A stretch of DNA of 64,000 nucleotides from Perkinsela sp. CCAP 1560/9 (GCA_965644495.1 CBFFSA010000010.1:620001-684000), one strand, 5' to 3'; positions 33,198 to 46,678 are shown, counted from the first letter of the stretch. Program-made: numbers and translations. Notes: a model not told the origin generated them from the sequence alone.

Positions 33198-34331
33198 TTT
33201 TGCGGTGGTTGTATAACTACTGCACTACCCTCGATTATTGAAAAAACAGTGAACAAAAACAATGAAAATATAAAGAGGAACACAGTAATATAATAGAAGA
33301 AAAAAATATAAAAGGGGGCTCCGGTGGTCCAAAAATGAAACGAAAAAATTAAAAAAAATGGGGGGTCCAGGGGGGGCCGCTGGCACATTGATAATGCATA
33401 AGAAGTGCACGTTGATATTGCATACGGCACATTGATATTGCATGCGGCACATTTATGATGCATAATTGGGGCACATTGATAATGCACAAATCCGGCACGT
33501 TGATAATGCATACAGCACATTGATATTGCATACGGCACATTGATGATGCATATTTCTGGAATTTTATATTTATAAAAGGGGGCTCCGGTGGTCCAAAACT
33601 GAAAAATTGAAAAAAATGGGGGGTCTAGGGGGGGGTTTAGGGGGGGGGCATACCGCACGAAATATTTTTCGAAAAACAAGCGCAGAAGGGGTAGCCGGGG
33701 TCTTGGCTCGCATTTTTCACCCCCCCACCCGGGGGTGACCCCCCTGCGTATCCGCAGGACGGGTCCGCCAAGTTCAGATTTTTTCAGAAAAACTTTTTGA
33801 TAAAAATTTAAACTTGGCGAAAAAAATGGCAAGAAAAATATTTTTCAAAAATCGTTTGCCCTATTGTATTTTGAGAGTTTGGGACCTATACTAGCTCTCT
33901 CCGCAGTTGTTTTCGAAAAGTATCCCTTCTTCGAGCCGTGGTGCGCCCCTCAAAATGACCCATTTTTGACTAAAAAAGGTGAAAAAGTATTTTTCGTACC
34001 TAAAGGGGCATTTTTGTGTCGAAAGAATGGTATGGTTGGAGTCGCATTCTCTACCCAGTGCGTTCGGTAGACTTCCATTCATGCCTACGAGTGAGTTCCC
34101 ACACGCAAATGTCGGATTTAGTGCTCTGAGAGCAAAAATACCCAAAAATGACCCCATTTTTACCCGAAAATCGGCTATTTTTGGCTATAATCCTTCCGTT
34201 TTCTCCAACGTCCCTGGCCAAACTTTCTTTTTTAGGCTCTTCGTTAAACGCGGTGGTAGTTTTCAACGCGAGGAGCGCAGCATGAGTGACTTCTAAGTTG
34301 AAAACAACCACCGCGTTTAACGAAGAGCCTA
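33198..34331 (-). mobile_element. Helentron/HINE-like non-autonomous element, about 1.1 kb, with internal minisatellite
   Basis: 99-bp foldback at 34233-34331; distal hairpin GCGGTGGTT-GTAT-AACTACTGC at 33202-33223; about 21-bp GCACATTGATAWTGCAT repeats at 33383-33552; inverted homolog at 54855-55581. Confidence 0.7.
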
Positions 34332-34413
34332 AAAAGGAAAATTATAATAGAAATTATTAATAATTTCTATTATAAAAAAAAACAATTATTAATATAATAA
34401 TTCTTCAATGGTA

Positions 34414-34514
34414 CTGTGCCCCCCTATTTAGTGTTGAGTGAAATTCGGCAAAATTCAACACTAAATACAGTAGGGGGGTGGGGTAGAGCACTCAATAGTA
34501 AATAGGGGGTACAG
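34414..34514. mobile_element. 101-bp MITE, TA TSD
   Basis: TA-CTGTGCCCCCCTATTTA ... TAAATAGGGGGTACAG-TA. Confidence 0.75.
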
Positions 34515-35106
34515 TACTTAAAAAGCTCAAATTTGCGGCCTTCTTTGGGAAAAAATGTATCTAAGGGGAGAAAATTTCACCTTTTTTCGGACTGACACAA
34601 TGTTCGGCAAGTAGCCTAAGGAAGGGTGCTGCGAAAGACAGGGAATTGTCCGGTTGTGTGCATCAAACAAGGGCCCCTAACACGTTAAAAACTTTATTAT
34701 AATACTTTTATGGTACTGGAAACGTAGGATAAATGGTTGATGGTTGCACTGAAAGTGCATATCTAGCGCTCCCTGGTACCATAGTGTCCGATTGAACCTT
34801 AATTTTTCACGCTCAGGGCATCGTTAAGAACAACTTAATAATTATTAATAATTATTAATAATCGCTAATAATTTTTTAATAATAATTATTATTAAAGCCA
34901 AAAATTATTAATAATTCTGCCACTATGAACACCTCGCGGGCCTATTCTTTGGCAATAGATAGAATTGTAAGCTAAAATCATGTTTTATAACTTTTTAAGT
35001 GCTCTATCGCAGCTTAAAAGCCCCTTAAACTACCGTGCGTACTTACAAAGACCACATATTTACTTGCGTTTGTCCCCTATTTAACTAATACTATAATAGT
35101 AAGTAA

Positions 35107-35760
35107 AGTCTCTTGAACGAGGTGGTTATTTTCAACTTTGAAGTCACTCAGGTTGCGCGCTTCGCGTTGAAAACTACCTCCGTGTAACGAAGAGACTAAA
35201 GAAGAAAAAGTGCCAATTGTATTTTGGAAATCATGAATAATCTACTTTCTTGGGTGAAAAAGCCCAATTTTTAGGCGCAAAACGCGATATTTTACGCCAA
35301 ATTTGGGCCGTTTATGAGGACTTACCTGTAGGAGTAGGAGGCGCATCTGACGAAAAAAACGTTGTAGAATGGTAGCTGAGGTCTCAAACTCTCAAAATAC
35401 AATTTAGGAGTCGATTTTGGCAATATGTTCCTTTTACTCTTTTTTCGGTGAAATTGTTTTGGGGTCACCCCAAAAAATTCGGAATTTTCGAACTTGCCGG
35501 ACCCCTCCTGCCCATACCAGGGGGGTCACCCCCAGATGGGGGGTGGAAAATCATCGCCGCGGCATACTCTACCACTTCCCCGCGCTCGATTTTGAGAACC
35601 AAAAAATTCGAAAAAAAACGCGACCTATGCCCCTCCTCTGGACCACCCCCATGGACCCCCCATTTTTTTGAATTTTTGTTTCAATTTTTTACCACCGGGG
35701 CCCCTTTCTCATTCCCCTAGCAATGAGCTTTGTCGCTATTTTTTCATACTGACCCACTTG
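35107..35760 (+). mobile_element. Diverged HINE-like copy
   Basis: Foldback at 35107-35198 (AGTCTCTT/AAGAGACT); shares CAAACTCTCAAAATACAAT, GGGGTCACCCC and GACCCCCCATTTTTTT blocks with the other copies. Confidence 0.6.
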
Positions 35761-36654
35761 TGCCCCCTAGCCGCAGTGTTTGTTTTCTCAATTTTGGTGT
35801 GAAATGACGATGCAAAAAAGTAAAATAAAATAACATTTTCTATTTTTCTTTTTTTGAAATGATCTAAAAATGGCGGGAATGTGCAGATTTCAGAATTTTG
35901 AACGAGAAAGTTATGTGCCCTCTCATGCGAAAAGTAGCGGGGACAACTTTAAAAAGCCAATTTTTCATCGTTTCAAAAAAGAACCAATCAAAAGCAAATA
36001 TTCTACTCTGACAGATTCAATGTTTGTTATCTGTTTTTGCTCATTCTCGTTCCCCTAGCGAAGAGCTGTGACGCCACTTTCATACAGACCCACTTCTCTC
36101 CCTTGACCGCGGAACAAGTCATTTTTCAATATTATAATAATATTGAAGACTGCCTTGATTTCGTAAAGACTGCAGATTAAATCCATTGCCGAAGAGCTCG
36201 CGGCATCTTGCTTCATTAGAGCTGCTTATCTCTCGGCCACTTGCATTCCCATAGTTTTCAATTTGCTCATCCCATCGCTGTTTGATGCGAGAAGTGTTTC
36301 CGCGACCGACAAAGCTTCATTTGATTTTCACGGCGATATTTCTCCCTTTGTTCCGTGCACCACGCATCATAGCTTTTATCGTGCTTTCGAAGATGCCTTT
36401 CCGCCGATATGCAATCCGTCTGCAGACCTCTCGCAGTCAAAAAACGTTTTTTGCTATTCTCAGGAAACCGATACCATCGGAAAAAAGAGTATCGCGTATT
36501 GTATAGAGGCCTAATAATAAACTGTAATGAATACAGACGAATCAAAATCATGATGAAAGAAATTTCTGCAATTCTAAAGTATACGAAGGAAAAAATGTTT
36601 TTGAAAGTTTTTGGAAAAAAAATAAAGTAACTTTAAAGTACTTTCTTGAAAGTT

Positions 36655-37035
36655 TTAAAGTTTCCGCGAACCCTGTAAATATGTGAGTTTAGGGGGAAGT
36701 GCAGAAACCGGAACAGTTCCACTAAGTTCATTATTTCCTACGCGAACACCGCACACAGTGTGGGGTAGGCTACCCCAGCTAAGGCTACCCTTCAGCGCTT
36801 TGGCCGACCAATCGATGCCAGAAACTTCATGGTCGGAAGTACATGTGACACCGGTCCATAAGCATGCCTCTGTTTTATTGCTGGTAATTACTGACTTCTT
36901 CACCAAATTCTCAATAAGGTTCCATTTGCATGTCTTGCGAGAGGATGGCTCCGCGCACTTTACCCAGACGGGTTCGAGTATAGGTTGAATCTGCAAGTGC
37001 AACTCTTCTGAGAATTAGGAACCACATTCTCATGA
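36655..37035 (-). pseudogene. Truncated, frameshifted duplicate of LRR gene 57165-58016
   Basis: 36677-36995 is nearly identical to about 57649-57980. Confidence 0.88.
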
Positions 37036-38212
37036 AATAAACAACAGCTGCAGTAATATTTTTTAAATAGAAAGATTGAAATGAAGCACCCCTTAACCCT
37101 TTCGCCGAGTTATCGTGCCCGGAGGCGGTACCAGTCCTGTACCGCCGTAACATATTATTTTATCATATAATTTTTTTGATCTTTACTATTAAAGAGGTTT
37201 CGAATTCTTACTTTCCCTCCATCCTAGCGTTGCCCGGGTCTAGTAAAACGTAACGCTAATGAGTGGATGGAGGTGACGGGTCAGTTTGAGCTCATTCTTC
37301 TTGCATTTGATACCGGAAAACGTTTCGTAAAAATGATAAAAACAATTGTTTCTGTAAAGTCCTCTTCACAGAAAGCCCCGCCTTCCCACATAAATATGGG
37401 CAGTAAAATTTTGTGTAAACCGGGGGTCAGTTCAATACTAAGGTTAGTTTAATATGAAGATCTACTTTAATATTAAGATTGGCACTTTAATATTAAAATG
37501 ACACTTTAATATGAAGATTCACTTCAATATTAAGATTCGATTTTTTTAAGGATTTTCTTTGGTTCTTTAACTTTTCTGATTTTTTTGGTGGACCATATTG
37601 CTTCACAATTAACGGCACTATCGCTGCGTAGCAACGGAGAAGTAATCAACGAATGTTACAGAGTCGTCGAAGATTATGTTGAGGTTTGCTCTCTTAAGGA
37701 TGACGAAGGTGTATGCAACCCTCCGACTTAAGCGATTCTCTGCTTCATGAATCTGAAAACTGTGACTCTGAAAGTCGTCCAAGTGACAGTGCCGAGTCCG
37801 AAGAAGATAATGGTTCTATCCAATGGATAGAACGTATTTCTTATAAAATACTGTAATAAATTTATTCTACTGGGTCTTCAACAGTTCACAACGATTCTAC
37901 AATCTTAATATTATAATGGCGACGCTTTAATATTAAGATTCATTTTTTGGACACTTTAATATTAAGATGTCACTTTAATATTAAGATTCACTGCCTAATC
38001 TTAATATTAGCACCTTTGCAATCTTAATATTAGCATTTTCAATCTTAGAGGGGGGGCCACGCGTCTGTGGTGATCGGCAGAATATGGCAGAAATGGGCAA
38101 TAATCTGCTGTTAACGAGGACTGCGGGGGAGAAAAAAAGTCACATGTGGAAAAAAATCGGCGCCGCTTCGCGGCGCAATCCTCAGTTACTTGTGCGTGAC
38201 ATCCAGCATGTA

Positions 38213-38831
38213 CCGGTCGAGCAAAAAATTTGACATTTTTTTAATTTGGTCCTACGAGCTCGAAAAAAAAGTCGGAACTATATTTATGTGGACCAAAATT
38301 ATTGGGGCCAAATTTTTCGTGGATTGAAAAAAAAAGGTATATTTTCCTGGCCTCCCTCGAGGATTGATATCGTCATTAGATTTTTCGTTTTCCAGAAAAT
38401 GAAGGACCGTACTTTTAGATTGTTTTTTCTTTCTGTGCTATTCCAGTAGCTCACAACACTTGCAACCTTTCGTGTCACACACAATTCACAAATTGCTCTA
38501 ACTTCAGCCTCACTATATGTGCTATTATAGCATCACTATAGCCTATAGTGATGACCCTACGTGCGTAGAGTAAATATTTTGATCAAAGATTTTCTGCACC
38601 CATTCAACAGACTGAGACATTACACCAAGACTAAAAAAAGAAGTGTCGATTGAAAGAAGCAAAAATTTCTAATGACGAGTTCTAAATTTAGGAAACTTTG
38701 AAAACGACTGACAATAAAGTCAAAAAGTACTTTGGACCGCTGCGGAAGGAAAAATAAAGTCGGACCAAAATTTATGTGGACCAAATTTGTTGGGGCCAAA
38801 TAAAAGTGGACCAAATTTTCTGCTCGACCGG
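38213..38831. mobile_element. Nested MITE, TA TSD
   Basis: TA-CCGGTCGAGCAAAAAATTT ... AAATTTTCTGCTCGACCGG-TA; GGACCAAA subterminal repeats. Confidence 0.85.
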
Positions 38832-39228
38832 TACTTTGTCACATGATTTCTTTTTTATGTGCACCAAGCCACCCACCATGATACGTGAGGGGCTGCGGGT
38901 GGGGATTCGGTGCGGTCTCGGCGCGGTCTCGGTGCGGTCTCGGTGCGGCGTACGCACTTATCTCAGTGCAAGAACATAAAATGTGGAATGGGTGGGGGGT
39001 GGGGGCAGGGGCGTAGAAGGCGAAGGCGAGGCTATACATGAATCCGGACATTGTTGGGGAGGAAATCTCAATGAAATTTACGGTTATTAACAAATCTGTA
39101 CGGTTAGTAACAAATCTACTAAAAGGAATATGCGCGTGATTTTACCAAAGAAAGGGTTACAGTGCGCCCAGTTAGTAAAGTAAGGGGGGGTAACGGTATT
39201 CGTGATCTTTTTGGCAATTTTTATTTTT

Positions 39229-39327
39229 TAGCCGCTTCATTAAACGCGGAGGTAGTTTTCAACTCGAAGCACGCAGCATGAGTGACTTCTAAGTTGAAAA
39301 CAACCACCGCGTTTAACGAAGTGACTA
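39229..39327. repeat. 99-bp foldback, solo copy
   Basis: Same core as 34233-34331. Confidence 0.85.
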
Positions 39328-39863
39328 AAAAAGAATTACAGAGTAGCTGCTAGTAACCGCTGCTACCGTACACCCCCCCAGTAACAAGGATTTGACCCTT
39401 TTTTGACAGACGCCCAGTAACAAGGATTTGGCTCGGGAGGGTCGTTGGAGGGGGGGGGGGTGTTTGGGCGGGTGGGGGTGGCTGGGAGGTGTGAGGGCGG
39501 TTGCAAGGGAGCGAATGGCGTGGTTGCGGGGTTGGATGGACTGAAAATCAACGCATTCATGAACAAAAACGCTCCTTTCTCTCCCAAAAAGTATACCCCC
39601 CCAGTAACAAGGATTTGACCCATTTTGATCCAAAATCGATTCTATTACTGGAGGGGTATAAAACCGCGAAATCAAAAAAGGCTTTTCACACAAAAAAGTG
39701 CGCCGCTTCGCGGCGTGGGGCCGGTTCCAAAAATAAACCCCTGCGATCGGCAGAATATGGCAGAATAGTGCCGCATTGGCGGTGGCCTTCCCTCTTAATA
39801 TTAGACTGACCCTCGGTTTAATACTAATTCGTGCACAAAAAAGAAATGTTCCACTAAAATATT

Positions 39864-40777
39864 TTACACATTGTTTCGTGGTTCCATAACTTTTATTAGA
39901 GTACCCCGGATTTGAAGTGACAAGTTTTCAGGGAGCTGATTTTGGCGTACTTCACCAAAGAGTAAAACAAAATGCTTCAGGTCTATAGATTCTAGCCCTA
40001 AGTATCCTAATTTCGAAGGCAACTGATCCAAGTGCACCCGACCTTCAAGTGGATTTCTGCTTAGATTCAAATACCTAAGGTTTGAAGGCAAATGCTGCAA
40101 ATTAGGGATGTCCGTCAACCGGTTCCCGTCAAGCGCAATAAACACAATATTAGACGACAATTTGCTAAGGCTCACCTCGCCAGAAAACTCATTATTCTCC
40201 AAGAGCACGAGTTCCAAGTTTAGGGACAGTGCTGTAAGGTCTGGCGTACCAGTAAATGAGTTGTCAGATAAATTTAACTCACGAATGGCAATGGGCAAAC
40301 TACAAAGATTGAGATTTCCCGTGAATTGGTTAGAACTCAAATTCATATTTTCGAGTGTAGCAGGTAATGATCAAAGCCCAAGAAAGTCTTCGAAACCGTT
40401 GCGATGAGCATCCTTAGACCAGGCGGCAACAGATCAAGATCGACTACACCGGTAAAATAATTCTCGGAAACGACTACCTCACATATGGAAACCGGAAGAT
40501 GCCTTAGGGGTAGCTTTCCGTATAGACCATAGCCTTTCCAGTTAATACAAACGACTTTGTCACTTTGATCACACTGCATTCCATCCCACTCGCAAGCAGG
40601 CGTCTCTATATTCCATGTTGGTTCGTCACATATGAATAAGGGCCTGATTTCCAGTGGGATATCTCGGATTAACTGTGCAAGTTCATATTCCTACGGTAGT
40701 AAGGCCGTGCATACTCTTGTGGGTGAAATGAATTTCGTGGGTGACTGGGCATCCGAAGAAGATGCGTACGTAAGCAT
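39864..40777 (-). pseudogene. LRR pseudogene (in-frame TAG and frameshift)
   Basis: LP*EYEL in place of LPQEYEL, CEWDGMQC, ORFs 40343-40579 and 39864-40346. Confidence 0.85.
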
Positions 40778-41503
40778 ACAAATAATCAGAGGATTAGTAC
40801 CTAAATGGCGCAAAGAAAATTTGTATGTGTATCCTTTTAATGGAGTCTATGCAACTCTTGACTGTCACGAAACGTCACGCGTCATTACGAAGTGTCGTGA
40901 AACGTCACGCGTAGCCACATTACGCTTTTTCTGGTGGCTTTTACAGGAGGCTTTTTCAGGTCGCCGTAGTGGTCAAAAAAATTGACCATCAATTTTTAAA
41001 ATTGATCTTCAAAATTCAGAAGGCGGAGGCCCAGACTAGGGTGTGTCTATCGGGGGTCATTTTTCACTTATTTCACGGAGGAAAATCTCTCCCACGACCG
41101 TCTTGATCCGCCACCCAGGTTGTCACCCGGAATTATTGATCATCGGGTGAATGTTCAAGGCGGCACTGACATCTTTAACGACCACGGGTACTAGATAAAG
41201 TCCTGTAACCAGAAACATGAAGAATTCAACTATAATTTTAGGAAAAAAATATTTTTTGCGCAATTTAGGTACTAGTTGTCCAAATAATCCTATCGTAAGA
41301 GTGAAAATAACTTTCTACGAAAGAGTATTTCACCATGACATGCCTACATGACATGTAGGAAACCTTTCTGCAAGTGTTTGTTTCGTCCTCGAAAAAGTGA
41401 ATTGCTAAACTCATTAAGAACCGTTTAGTACATGCATAGTTGTATTTCATTGTACACTGTCAAGAAAACAAATAACGACAACAAGCCTAGTCAAAAAAGT
41501 GTT

Positions 41504-42316
41504 TTAAAACCAAAGAACCCTATCATTTCCACATATGTCAGTGCCGCTGATTCGAAATTGCTTTATGGTTGTGGGAAGTTTTGAATCGTTAACATCCCCA
41601 TGAAGCTCGGAATTGTTGTTGAGCCACAACTGCTGCAATCGTGGGGGGAGCCTGTCGAATCGCACTAATCCGGAAAAGTTGTTGTTTTGCAGAAGCAACT
41701 TTAACATATTTGGAGGTAAGTGATCCAAATCAAGGGGACCTGAAAAATTATTTTCCGACAAATTTAAAAATTGGAGCGCTTGCGGTAAACGCAAAAACTC
41801 TATCCTTCCTGAAAGCATGTTTTGCCAAAGTGATAATTTCACCAAAGTCATAGGTAGACGATCTAAATCGACCGATCCAACAAACTCGTTTTCCCCCAAA
41901 AATAGCTCGATGAGCATGGAAGGCAAACTTTGCAGATCTAGACTTCCCGTAAACGCATTGTTAGGTAAATGTAAATGTGTTAGTGAGGGTGGTAATCCAT
42001 CCAGATGTACCGAGCCTTCAAGTTTATTCGTCCACACGCTAAAGGAAATTAACGTCCGAGGTAATGAATCCCAATTGAAAGACCCGGATAGATTCGAATA
42101 CGACCATCTGATATGGGTCACGTGAACGCCGTCTTCGCAGGTCATATCCTTCCATTCACATGCAGGTGTCGAACTATTCCATGTTGCATCCAGTTGTTTG
42201 ACGTGAGCAACAAATCGCATAAGTTCATATTCCTGCGGCAATTCAGCTCCACGGACCCTACCAATTCGACATTGGGAGCCTGAATCAGTTTCTGCTAAAT
42301 ACACCGCAAACATCAT
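41504..42316 (-). CDS. LRR-family protein, about 270 aa
   Basis: RIGRVRGAELPQEYEL, CEWKDMTC and about seven 23-aa LRRs; start chosen by homology with paralogs. Confidence 0.92.
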   Translation of the reverse strand: MMFAVYLAETDSGSQCRIGRVRGAELPQEYELMRFVAHVKQLDATWNSSTPACEWKDMTCEDGVHVTHIRWSYSNLSGSFNWDSLPRTLISFSVWTNKLEGSVHLDGLPPSLTHLHLPNNAFTGSLDLQSLPSMLIELFLGENEFVGSVDLDRLPMTLVKLSLWQNMLSGRIEFLRLPQALQFLNLSENNFSGPLDLDHLPPNMLKLLLQNNNFSGLVRFDRLPPRLQQLWLNNNSELHGDVNDSKLPTTIKQFRISGTDICGNDRVLWF

Positions 42317-43035
42317 AATACTCTTATGCAGGAAAAAAGAATGTGTTTCGATTTCTAATTTTGTGGTGCTTTGTAAACCGCTCCGCATCAAAAAGGCACC
42401 CACCCTATCTTCACATAAAAAGCTATTCAAATACTCTTTTTCAAACAACCCGAACGTTTTCACAGAAAAGTGTCTTTCACAAATGGACACTGTGCAAGTT
42501 TACCCTCTCTGTGGATGTCACAGGATGGCATGGCGAGTCTATTGTTAGGAATCTTCATCCTCCTAAGCAGATCCTTAGAAAACAAAATATAGAATATGGG
42601 ATGAAGCTATTGAATTGGTGTTTGTAAATTGATTCTACTGAGTGTGAATGGCTTCTGCGTTTATAAGCGCGTTTTAAATTGTAATTTTAAAAATAAGTGT
42701 AGTAGGTTTCATTTCTCCAAAATATTGACATGGCTGAAAGCGTTCGGGCTGGAGGTGACGTTATCCCTGCTCTGTTCTGCGTTCACTGTGAAAAAGTTAT
42801 ACCGTTCACACTATGTTCTCCACGACGGTGCTTGCGAAACACTGAAGCAGAGTAGCACTGAATGAAGTGTGGAAGTAGAGCAATGTGCCAACTGCGATTA
42901 TGCAAACGTGCCGATTCTGGCCAAAAAATGTCCTCGCTTCTCCTCGTCGAAAAACCTCGAAGAATTGTCACGATCACAGAAAAAAAAAATTGTTTCCTGT
43001 GGGATGGAGCCAAGGCGCAACGCGTATGTTGCTTC

Positions 43036-43664
43036 TACACTCAACACAATTATTTGTGTAACAAAAAACAGGAAAACAAAAATTTGTAAATTTATTATTG
43101 TGCAACATTTTTAAAAATGGGAATTTCATTTTAATTTGTTTCGCTCAAATTCTAAAATTAAAACTGTTTTCTAACCTAAACAAGGGTCCGGTTTAGGATA
43201 CCTGTGAGCTCGTACCATACCGGAGGGGGTATGGTATTGTTACCCAGGGCCGATAGCATACCCCCCCTGGTTTTTAGCAGTTCCCCCTGGTTCTCTTTAG
43301 CAGTTCTGAATGGTTGTGCCTAATTCCTTTTTCGTTTGTGTTTAACTTTCTTTTCAAACGCAATATTTTATTAATACTTATCACACGTCCGAATATACAC
43401 ACACAATACACTACTATTCATACCGAATTACCTTCATACCATTACTGTTCCAAATCTGTCTGTGAATGGTCTGGCTTACCAGTGACCGTTCGGAGCAATC
43501 CGGAATGATTTGGATTGTATTGGATTTATCCACACCGCCTATATTTCCCTCAACAAAGAAAATCTCCACAAATATTTGTGCAACAAAAATTTGTGAACTT
43601 TTTATTGTGCAACAATTTCGAAAGTCGCACAATAAAAAATTCACAAATTTTTGCGAACGCTGTA
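43036..43664. mobile_element. Degenerate Tc1/pogo-type non-autonomous relic
   Basis: TACAC/CTGTA ends with TTGTGCAACA subterminal repeats at both ends. Confidence 0.35.
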
Positions 43665-44648
43665 CGTTAAGCACACTTTCCTAGGGAGGCGTCTTGTCGC
43701 CAAAGACATTGTGCAAACCTTCTTTCATTTTCTTTTCAATTGTACGGAAAGAACGGCTTCTTCTGATTCTCTTCACCTCACTATCCTCGAGTCAGATCCA
43801 ATACATGAACTCATTTGAACTTATGGGAGAGAAGTAACGTAATGTAAAAAAACGTTAACCACCACGTTTACTGGAGCGACTACAAACTTGTACTAATATT
43901 TGTTACTTGGAAGAATTCTAATTTTCTTTTACCTCATATATTCGTATTTTTTCCTCTTCATACACTTCATACTCCCTCTCTGAGTTTGATTCCCACCCCG
44001 TCTTTTCTTGTAAACGGGTACCAAGATCCACATGAAGACGAGCGCTAAAGGTGGTCATCGTGCCAAAAATCTTCGCTCTGGATGGCACAGGATGGCACGA
44101 AATGGCACAGGATGGCACAGGATAACTGCATAGTATCCAATGATAGTCATGCATACAGCAGAGGTCAACACAGAGATCGTTTCTCTTATTTTTCCCAGCA
44201 TAGCATAAGTAAGTTGGCATGAACTGGCACACGACGGCACGTGATGGCACTGGTTAGCTGCACAGTCCACCTAGAATGAAAGAGAAGAAATGAATCTCCT
44301 TCACCTTCCCTACCGCGTAACGTACATGCGGGCCTGTGGGTGAAACGTCGTCACCCGCAGCCCCTCACACGCGCGAGGCTTCATGAGTGCTACGTGGCAA
44401 CCTCCTGGATGTGGAGTTCTCTTCCAAAAGCACCTCTTGATGCCACATGACTTGTCCAACCGTACGATTTAAAATATCACGTGACCTAAAAATTTTACGA
44501 TGATTTTCATGATTTCAACAATTTTTATTCAATTGTTGATTGATTTATCATCCCATTTTTCGTACTTTTCATCGGGACATGTGAAGGGGGTGACAGTACT
44601 GTATACAATATAGCCATGTATGCATTGCTCTTCTGAGACTGCAATTCG

Positions 44649-45500
44649 TCAAATTGTAACACAGAGTGGAAGAGGTGTTGAATATTTCAAGGGCTCCCTG
44701 TTGCCTTCAACGTTAAGAATTTGCAGAGATGGCGGAAGAACATCAAAGCTTACTGACTCAACAAAACGATTTCCCCCTATATAAAGTGCTTTTAACGCGT
44801 TGGGTAAATTTCGTAAAACCAGCACGCCCTCAAATGCATTGCATGACAAATACAATGCACGCAACTCACGCGGAAGCTGTGTCAAATCGATAGTACCTAC
44901 AAAGAAATTATCGTGCAAATAGAGTGCTGTTAATGTAGACGGCAAGAGTGACAGATCTATTTTTCCTTCAAGTCTGTTTTCCATTAAAGAGATACTCTCT
45001 AATTGTTGTGGAAGGTTCGTAAGATCAAGTGGCCCACTAAAAATATTTTCTGCACACCATAACTCATTCAACTCAAACGGAAGAGTAGTCGCATCGAATC
45101 TTCCACTAAAAGTATTTCTTCCGATACTTATAAGAGCGAGTTCCGCAGGAAAACATGACATCGGAACACATCCTATAAGATGATTTTTGCCAACGTCGAG
45201 CCCAAGCAAGCTAGATGGCAAGTACTCCCATACAAGTTTACCTTCTAACGACTCGGCTTTCCACTCAAGTCTAGTGACTTGCTCCTCAACGTTACAATAC
45301 ACTCCGCGCCATTTACATACAGAACTATCATTAAACATGTCACGCCGGTTCGTGCGGATGTTTGAAACGAAGCGACGCATTTCAATATCTTGAGAAAGTA
45401 TGGCACCTCGAACCTTTCCTCGTCGTGAGCTCAGAACAGTGCGTTCGCTATCCTCGGATAAGATACTACGCAAGAAAATGCCAAATGAAAGAATGTGCAT
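44649..45500 (-). CDS. LRR-family protein (283 aa)
   Basis: SSRRGKVRGAILSQD, CKWRGVYC and LRRs. Confidence 0.93.
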   Translation of the reverse strand: MHILSFGIFLRSILSEDSERTVLSSRRGKVRGAILSQDIEMRRFVSNIRTNRRDMFNDSSVCKWRGVYCNVEEQVTRLEWKAESLEGKLVWEYLPSSLLGLDVGKNHLIGCVPMSCFPAELALISIGRNTFSGRFDATTLPFELNELWCAENIFSGPLDLTNLPQQLESISLMENRLEGKIDLSLLPSTLTALYLHDNFFVGTIDLTQLPRELRALYLSCNAFEGVLVLRNLPNALKALYIGGNRFVESVSFDVLPPSLQILNVEGNREPLKYSTPLPLCVTI

Positions 45501-45826
45501 TATGGTGCAACGGGTAAAAGTACTACGGAACTTTTATCAACTAATTACAAAAAGGACTAATAAATACAAAGGACTAAAGAAATACAAAAAGGACTAATAA
45601 CAAAAGGGACGTTTCCGTCCTAATAACACTGGATACCCAAGTTATTCGGTAATTTTGATCAGGTGAGTTCCATACGCGTTAGTTTTCGAAATTAACTCGA
45701 AGTTGCTCGAAATGTCTCAAATTAAAGTTTCTGGAGTTAAAGATTCCCTTGTACAACATGAAAATAGTACTTTAAAAAAATGGATTCGGCGTCATAATAA
45801 GGTTTAGAAATCTCAACGATCGTTCT

Positions 45827-46678
45827 TTAAATCCGAACACAGCGTGGAAGAGGTGTTGAATATTTCAAGGTCTCCTTGTTGTTTTGAATATTGAGAATCT
45901 GCAAAGATGAGGGAAGAGCTTCGAAACTCACCGACCCCACAAACCGATTTCCTCCTATGTAAAGCCCTTGTAAAACGTCGGGTAAATTTTGCAAAATGAG
46001 TTCGCCCTCAAAAGCATTGCCTGCAAGATGCAATGACCGCAAGTTAGGGGCTAACTGCGTCAAATCGATAGTTCCTACAAAAACATTATTTTGCAAATAA
46101 AGTTCGCACAACGTACGGGGCAGAAATGTTAAATCTAGTTTTCCTTCAAACCTATTGCCCATTAAAGAGATTTTTTCTACCTCTTTTGGAAGTTTCGTAA
46201 GGTCAAGTGATTTACTGAAACGATTATGTGCGGACCAAAGCGTAGTCAACGCTAATGGAAGAGAAGTCGCATCAAAGCTTTCACTAAATTTGTTGTTTTC
46301 AATATCTATATAGGAGAGCTCTGAAGGAAAGCATGGGGTCGGAACACGTCCGGTAAGACGATTTCCTATAACTATGAAGCTAACCAAAGTAGATGGTAAG
46401 TACTCCCACGTTAAATTTCCTTGTAAACGTTGCCTTCTCCAACTAATTTTCTTCACTTTCTCTTCGCTGTCGCATTCCACTCCGCTCCATTTACATACAG
46501 AACTATCTTTAAACATGTCGTGGCACTCCGCAACTATGTTTGAAATTAAGCGACGCATTTCAATATCTTGAGAAAGTATGGCACCTCGAACCTTTCCTCG
46601 TCGCGAACTCGGAACGGTGCGTTCTCTATCCTCTGCGAAGATACTACGCAAGAAAATACCAACCGAAAGAATGTACAT
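45827..46678 (-). CDS. LRR-family protein, tandem paralog of 44649-45500 (alternative start 46732)
   Basis: Same N-terminal motif and LKYSTPLP.CV.I end. Confidence 0.93.
   Translation of the reverse strand: MYILSVGIFLRSIFAEDRERTVPSSRRGKVRGAILSQDIEMRRLISNIVAECHDMFKDSSVCKWSGVECDSEEKVKKISWRRQRLQGNLTWEYLPSTLVSFIVIGNRLTGRVPTPCFPSELSYIDIENNKFSESFDATSLPLALTTLWSAHNRFSKSLDLTKLPKEVEKISLMGNRFEGKLDLTFLPRTLCELYLQNNVFVGTIDLTQLAPNLRSLHLAGNAFEGELILQNLPDVLQGLYIGGNRFVGSVSFEALPSSLQILNIQNNKETLKYSTPLPRCVRI

Larger units (their letters stand above)
37418..39818. mobile_element. TA-flanked non-autonomous TIR element with nested insertions
   Basis: TA-AACCGGGGGTCAGT ... ACTGACCCTCGGTT-TA; subterminal TAATATTAAG arrays at 37450-38045 and 39795. 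Confidence 0.6.

Noticed and set aside
33155-33832. 225-aa ORF and other short ORFs in 32378-36630 and 54770-56520
   Set aside because: They lie in non-coding repeats, mostly use non-ATG starts and show no protein motifs.
37094-37153. piggyBac end (TTAACCCTT)
   Set aside because: No matching opposite terminus was found.
37215-37273. ingi/L1Tc HDV-like ribozyme (GGGTCTAGTA...GCTAA resemblance)
   Set aside because: No CCCTGGC P1 partner or nested pseudoknot could be built; it folds as a simple hairpin.
33383-38045. CRISPR-like arrays at 33383-33552 and 37450-38045
   Set aside because: These are degenerate tandem or subterminal repeats without unique spacers, in a eukaryotic context with no cas genes.
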